The translations under genes and the position numbers were made by a program. 38,766 nt of DNA from Microgenomates group bacterium RIFCSPHIGHO2_01_FULL_45_11 (GTDB taxonomy: Bacteria > Patescibacteriota > Microgenomatia > UBA1400 > 2-01-FULL-45-11). The DNA lies in contig MHDE01000005.1 in the NCBI GenBank assembly GCA_001803465.1, positions 17,310 to 56,075 of the forward strand, given 5' to 3'. Of this stretch, positions 36,794 through 38,766 are shown piece by piece. The notes beneath the pieces are model-generated. The model was not told where the DNA came from, did not search any database, and saw only the letters and a list, made by a program, of their open reading frames with translations. Numbering within the stretch: the stretch's first letter is position 1; each line of letters opens with the position of its first letter.

Positions 36794-37060
36794 TTATGCG
36801 CTCGGGTATAGAGATTCAGTCGCCAATCGTAAGGCAAAGTTTTGCTCACTACCATCAAGAGCTGAAAACCCCTGGACGTTGTTACTGACTAAATTCAAAA
36901 TTCTTACGCCTAGCTTTATAGTGTAATCCGAATTCTGGAAAGTTCTGTCGGCAAGCGCAGTCGCAATCGCACCAACTTGTACCACCGCCAATAATTCTGG
37001 GTCTGACGCCACTGCCTGGAGTCGACCAGCAGCTTCTAGAGCTTGTTCCTGGCTTAACAT
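36794..37060 (-). CDS. hypothetical protein (88 aa)
   Basis: GGAG SD, ATG start. Confidence 0.6.
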   Translation of the reverse strand: MLSQEQALEAAGRLQAVASDPELLAVVQVGAIATALADRTFQNSDYTIKLGVRILNLVSNNVQGFSALDGSEQNFALRLATESLYPSA

Positions 37061-37115
37061 ATAAGCTCCACATCAATTACTATGGGGTGAATTTAACCAG
37101 AGACAGAGTCAAAAG

Positions 37116-37322
37116 TCAATCAGTTGGCGCTAACCCCTCATTAGACAGCGCTTGGCTCAATTGGGATAAGACTACCGCAACATCCAGGGAGTCGTACTCA
37201 CCATCAGAATCTTCAACCGCTGACACCCAAATAGGCTGACTCAACTCAATTTCATCGGGATCAACCAAAATCACTCTCTGTCCCTCTGTTCCGACTATTA
37301 GGATGTTGTTTTTGTCAGACAT
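37116..37322 (-). CDS. hypothetical acidic protein (68 aa)
   Basis: GGAG SD, ATG start. Confidence 0.55.
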   Translation of the reverse strand: MSDKNNILIVGTEGQRVILVDPDEIELSQPIWVSAVEDSDGEYDSLDVAVVLSQLSQALSNEGLAPTD

Positions 37323-37389
37323 AATCTCTCCAGAATTTCTGATAATGGTTGACGTATATCAAACTCAAAGGGTCATGTGCAAATCGAAA

Positions 37390-38463
37390 TTAACTGGTGA
37401 GCGTACGAAAACCTCTATTAGTAATCATTATAGTGTTCTCAAATCTATAGCCAAATTTTCCGGGAATATAGACTCCGGGCTCAACGGTTACTACCATGCC
37501 AGAGACAAGTTTAGTCGAGTCCCTTGCCGAAAGCGATGGGTCTTCGTGGATAGATAAGCCGATGCCGTGGCCGGTATTGTGGATAAAATTATCTCCAAAG
37601 CCAGCTTGGCTAATGACTTTACGCGCCGCCGCATCTACTTTAGCTGCTGTCGTTTTACCATTGGCTAGGGTAGTTAAAGCCGTTCGATACGCCTGTTTCA
37701 CTATTATCTCAACCCGTCTAAACTCCGGGGTAGGGGAGCCAGCCCAAAAAATGGTCCGGGTCATATCGCTACAGTAGTCATTAACCTTGGCGCCCAGGTC
37801 AATCAACACCACTTCATTTTGCTTCAGTCTCCGCCCCGTCGGCACCTGGTGGGGGACAGCACTATGGCTGCCAAAAGCCACAATCGGCGGGAAAGACATT
37901 TCATTAGCTCCGGCCTGTAGCATTAGCTGGCTAATAGCATGAGCTACCGCTGTCTCCGTTACCCCCTCTCTTAGGTTGGCAATAGCCTGTTTCATCACTA
38001 AACTGGCAATTTTGGCCGACCGTTTAAGCCACTTTTGCTCGGTGGCATCTTTGACCAGCCTTAAATTTTCTACTCGCCTTTGACCATCAACCAGGGTAAT
38101 GCCTTTAAGCCGCGTCTTTAGCTGCCTGAATTCTTGAATAGTTAAATCAGTCTCTTCTACCGCCAACGTCTTAACGCCCAATTCTTTTATAAACTCGCTG
38201 ACCGTTTTTTTGGAGCTAAACTGTCTCTTTCTAAGCCTAAGTTTAGGTTTAAGTTGAGACAGGGGAGAGGCGAGCAGCAGTTCAATTTTCGGCGCTACCA
38301 ATAAATACGCTTGACGATCCGCCACCGCCTCGCCCGTAAGACCAGTAAGGTAGACAATATTTTCCTTAGAGGAAATAAGCCAGCCGGCCGTATCGACTTT
38401 CCTTAATAGTCGTCGCAACCGGGACAGCCGAACCGCTTGTGGTGAGTGCAGTCGCCCCAACAT
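37390..38463 (-). CDS. Xaa-Pro aminopeptidase (M24B)
   Basis: IDLGAKVNDYCSDMTRT, HNTGHGIGLSIHEDP, TVEPGVY, RFEN. Confidence 0.93.
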   Translation of the reverse strand: MLGRLHSPQAVRLSRLRRLLRKVDTAGWLISSKENIVYLTGLTGEAVADRQAYLLVAPKIELLLASPLSQLKPKLRLRKRQFSSKKTVSEFIKELGVKTLAVEETDLTIQEFRQLKTRLKGITLVDGQRRVENLRLVKDATEQKWLKRSAKIASLVMKQAIANLREGVTETAVAHAISQLMLQAGANEMSFPPIVAFGSHSAVPHQVPTGRRLKQNEVVLIDLGAKVNDYCSDMTRTIFWAGSPTPEFRRVEIIVKQAYRTALTTLANGKTTAAKVDAAARKVISQAGFGDNFIHNTGHGIGLSIHEDPSLSARDSTKLVSGMVVTVEPGVYIPGKFGYRFENTIMITNRGFRTLTS

Positions 38464-38464
38464 C

Positions 38465-38766
38465 TTACTCGTCTTCTGTCTCTGCCACTTCGGGAAGGGT
38501 TTCCACATCGCTATCGGCCAGAATTACCAGCGCCGTGTCTACTTTTGTTTTAGCCGCTGCCGCCGGCATATAAATCACTAACAGAGTTTGCCCCTCTACC
38601 AAGACGTCAGCCTCCACCGTAGTTAACTCTCCGTCTTGTTTTAGTTGAATCTCGGTTGTTTTGGAAAGTGTCACGGTTAGCTCCGAACCGTCAGCCAAAA
38701 GTATGGTCAGTTCGTCATCGTCAAGGTTTATAAGCTTAATTCGGCCAAACCCCACCTTTTTCGCTG
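38465..38766 (-). CDS. hypothetical protein, partial (5' end outside the window), beta-barrel-like
   Basis: Frame is open to the window edge; stop abuts the M24 start. Confidence 0.6.
   Translation of the reverse strand, partial: AKKVGFGRIKLINLDDDELTILLADGSELTVTLSKTTEIQLKQDGELTTVEADVLVEGQTLLVIYMPAAAAKTKVDTALVILADSDVETLPEVAETEDE

Overview
A chromosomal segment of a reduced-genome bacterium using code 11. The Patescibacteria/CPR (Microgenomates-like) assignment is inferred from the short Tsf/PrfA/ProRS, an rpsB-tsf-frr-rseP cluster lacking pyrH/uppS/cdsA, a stand-alone VirD4/TraG-like ATPase and many apparently leaderless genes. Housekeeping genes: rpsB, tsf, frr, rseP, proS, rpsU, ybeY, dnaX, ybaB, recR, cysS, rpsF-ssb-rpsR, ctpA, htrA, prfA, rpmE, hisS and an M24 peptidase. 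Nucleotide/folate metabolism is unusually dense: glyA-folA-thyA sitting between ybaB and recR, folD, an NDT-tmk fusion, a Maf/ITPase-like gene, HIT, DHH-like, a PfkB kinase and a divergent IMPDH. Most notable: (1) an unannotated 24-aa His-His-His leader peptide with full 1:2/2:3/3:4 attenuator architecture upstream of two hypothetical genes (one PIN-like) and hisS; (2) three nucleoside-deoxyribosyltransferase/DNPH1-like domains, two fused to a ribbon-helix-helix and flanking a PfkB kinase, one fused to dTMP kinase; (3) several families of intergenic micro-elements (7-3-7 palindromes, CCTCC..GAAGGAGG cassettes, heptad arrays). No rRNA, tRNA, CRISPR array or intact transposase was seen.
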